A DNA stretch of 59,449 nt, counting the filler. It is 3 parts of 3 records of this genome, joined end to end, with 100 filler letters (N's around TTAATTAATTAA, not from the genome) between each part and the next. Parts side by side here need not be neighbours in the genome. Positions count along the whole stretch, not along the records: positions 53,929 to 59,449 come from SRR20825006_2263; 2 more parts are not named here. The stretch is one strand, 5' to 3'. The notes under the pieces are model-generated. The model was given only the letters and a program-made list of their open reading frames with translations. It searched no databases and was not told the DNA's origin. The translations under genes and the position numbers were made by a program. Shown one piece after another: positions 58,616-59,449 of the stretch. Each line of letters begins with the position of its first letter. The first letter of the stretch is position 1.

Positions 58616-59449
58616 ATGGAGTCATTTATGATTTACATGCCAATTGCAATGGCAGTTTTAGGTTTAATCTACATGTGGGTTAAACAATCTTGGGTAATGA
58701 AACAAAACGCTGGAGATGGTAAGATGAAAGAAATTTCAGACCATATTTACGAAGGTGCACTAGCATTTCTTAGCGCAGAGTACAAATTACTTACAATTTT
58801 TGTTGTTGTAGTAAGTGTTCTGCTCGCTATAGTTTCAATTGTTGTACCTACTACCCATTGGTTAATTGTAGTTGCATTTATATTTGGAGCAGTCTTTTCT
58901 GCTTTCGCAGGAAATATAGGTATGAAAATCGCTACTAAAACCAATGTAAGAACTACGCAGGCAGCAAAAACAAGTTTGCCTCAAGCTCTTAAGATATCTT
59001 TTGGTGGTGGTACTGTAATGGGATTAGGTGTAGCCGGTTTAGCAGTGTTAGGATTAACAGCATTTTTTATCATTTTCTTCCATACGTTTATGGGCGCTTC
59101 TTGGACCAATACTATGGATATGACAATAGTATTAGAAACCTTAGCAGGATTTTCATTAGGTGCAGAGTCTATTGCACTTTTTGCTCGTGTTGGTGGTGGT
59201 ATCTATACTAAAGCAGCAGATGTTGGTGCAGATTTAGTTGGTAAGGTAGAAGCTGGTATTCCAGAAGATGATCCTCGTAATCCTGCTACAATAGCAGATA
59301 ACGTTGGAGATAATGTTGGAGATGTTGCAGGAATGGGAGCAGATTTATTCGGCTCTTACGTAGCAACAGTTCTAGCAGCAATGGTTCTTGGTAACTATGT
59401 GATAAAAGATATGGGTGGCGCTATTACAGATGCTTTTGGCGGTATTGGC
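58616..59449 (+). CDS. hppA: Membrane-bound ion-translocating pyrophosphatase, 3'-truncated (not in ORF track)
   Basis: Manual translation MESFMIY...GGGIYTKAADVGADLVGKVEAGIPEDDPRNPATIADNVGDNVGDVAGMGADLFGSY. Confidence 0.96.
   Translation, partial: MESFMIYMPIAMAVLGLIYMWVKQSWVMKQNAGDGKMKEISDHIYEGALAFLSAEYKLLTIFVVVVSVLLAIVSIVVPTTHWLIVVAFIFGAVFSAFAGNIGMKIATKTNVRTTQAAKTSLPQALKISFGGGTVMGLGVAGLAVLGLTAFFIIFFHTFMGASWTNTMDMTIVLETLAGFSLGAESIALFARVGGGIYTKAADVGADLVGKVEAGIPEDDPRNPATIADNVGDNVGDVAGMGADLFGSYVATVLAAMVLGNYVIKDMGGAITDAFGGIG

Noticed and set aside
58747-58944. 65-aa minus-strand ORF
   Set aside because: Antisense to the membrane pyrophosphatase, which the ORF track missed because it has no stop in the window

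Overview
The window is not one genomic locus. It is three contigs joined by artificial 100-bp spacers (44 N + TTAATTAATTAA + 44 N at 29115-29214 and 53829-53928). Contig 1 (1-29114) is GC-rich Rhizobiaceae-like core chromosome: two cyclophilins, queA, tgt, ialB, a MacAB-type exporter, cysG-DUF2849-cysI-DUF934-fpr, deaminase-mazG, dusB-ntrBC-ntrYX-trkA-hfq-hflX, ispDF-cinA and lpdA(3')-glsB-lipA-flaR-like-ratA. Contig 2 (29215-53828) is AT-rich Flavobacteriaceae: a CHRD-like lipoprotein, cobB, a haem-binding-domain protein, purB, pta-ackA, an ECF sigma/anti-sigma/2xDUF4252 operon divergent from two tandem S41 protease lipoproteins, a cobalamin-riboswitch btuB-btuG locus with divergent btuFCD, rmuC, a thioesterase, a T9SS cargo protein and carB. 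Contig 3 (53929-59449) is more AT-rich Flavobacteriaceae: folD 3' end, a beta-propeller HisKA_2 kinase with a LuxR-type regulator, ppa and a membrane pyrophosphatase. No rRNA, tRNA, CRISPR array or mobile element was recognised. The best leads are the ECF/DUF4252/S41 module with a candidate autoregulated promoter, a likely ATT start for hflX, a CxxCR haem motif, a copper-ligand-free cupredoxin T9SS protein, an uncalled 54-aa membrane ORF coupled to purB, an expanded riboswitch L4, and an H+-type gate in the membrane PPase. Family assignments come from motif recognition by eye, not from database searches.
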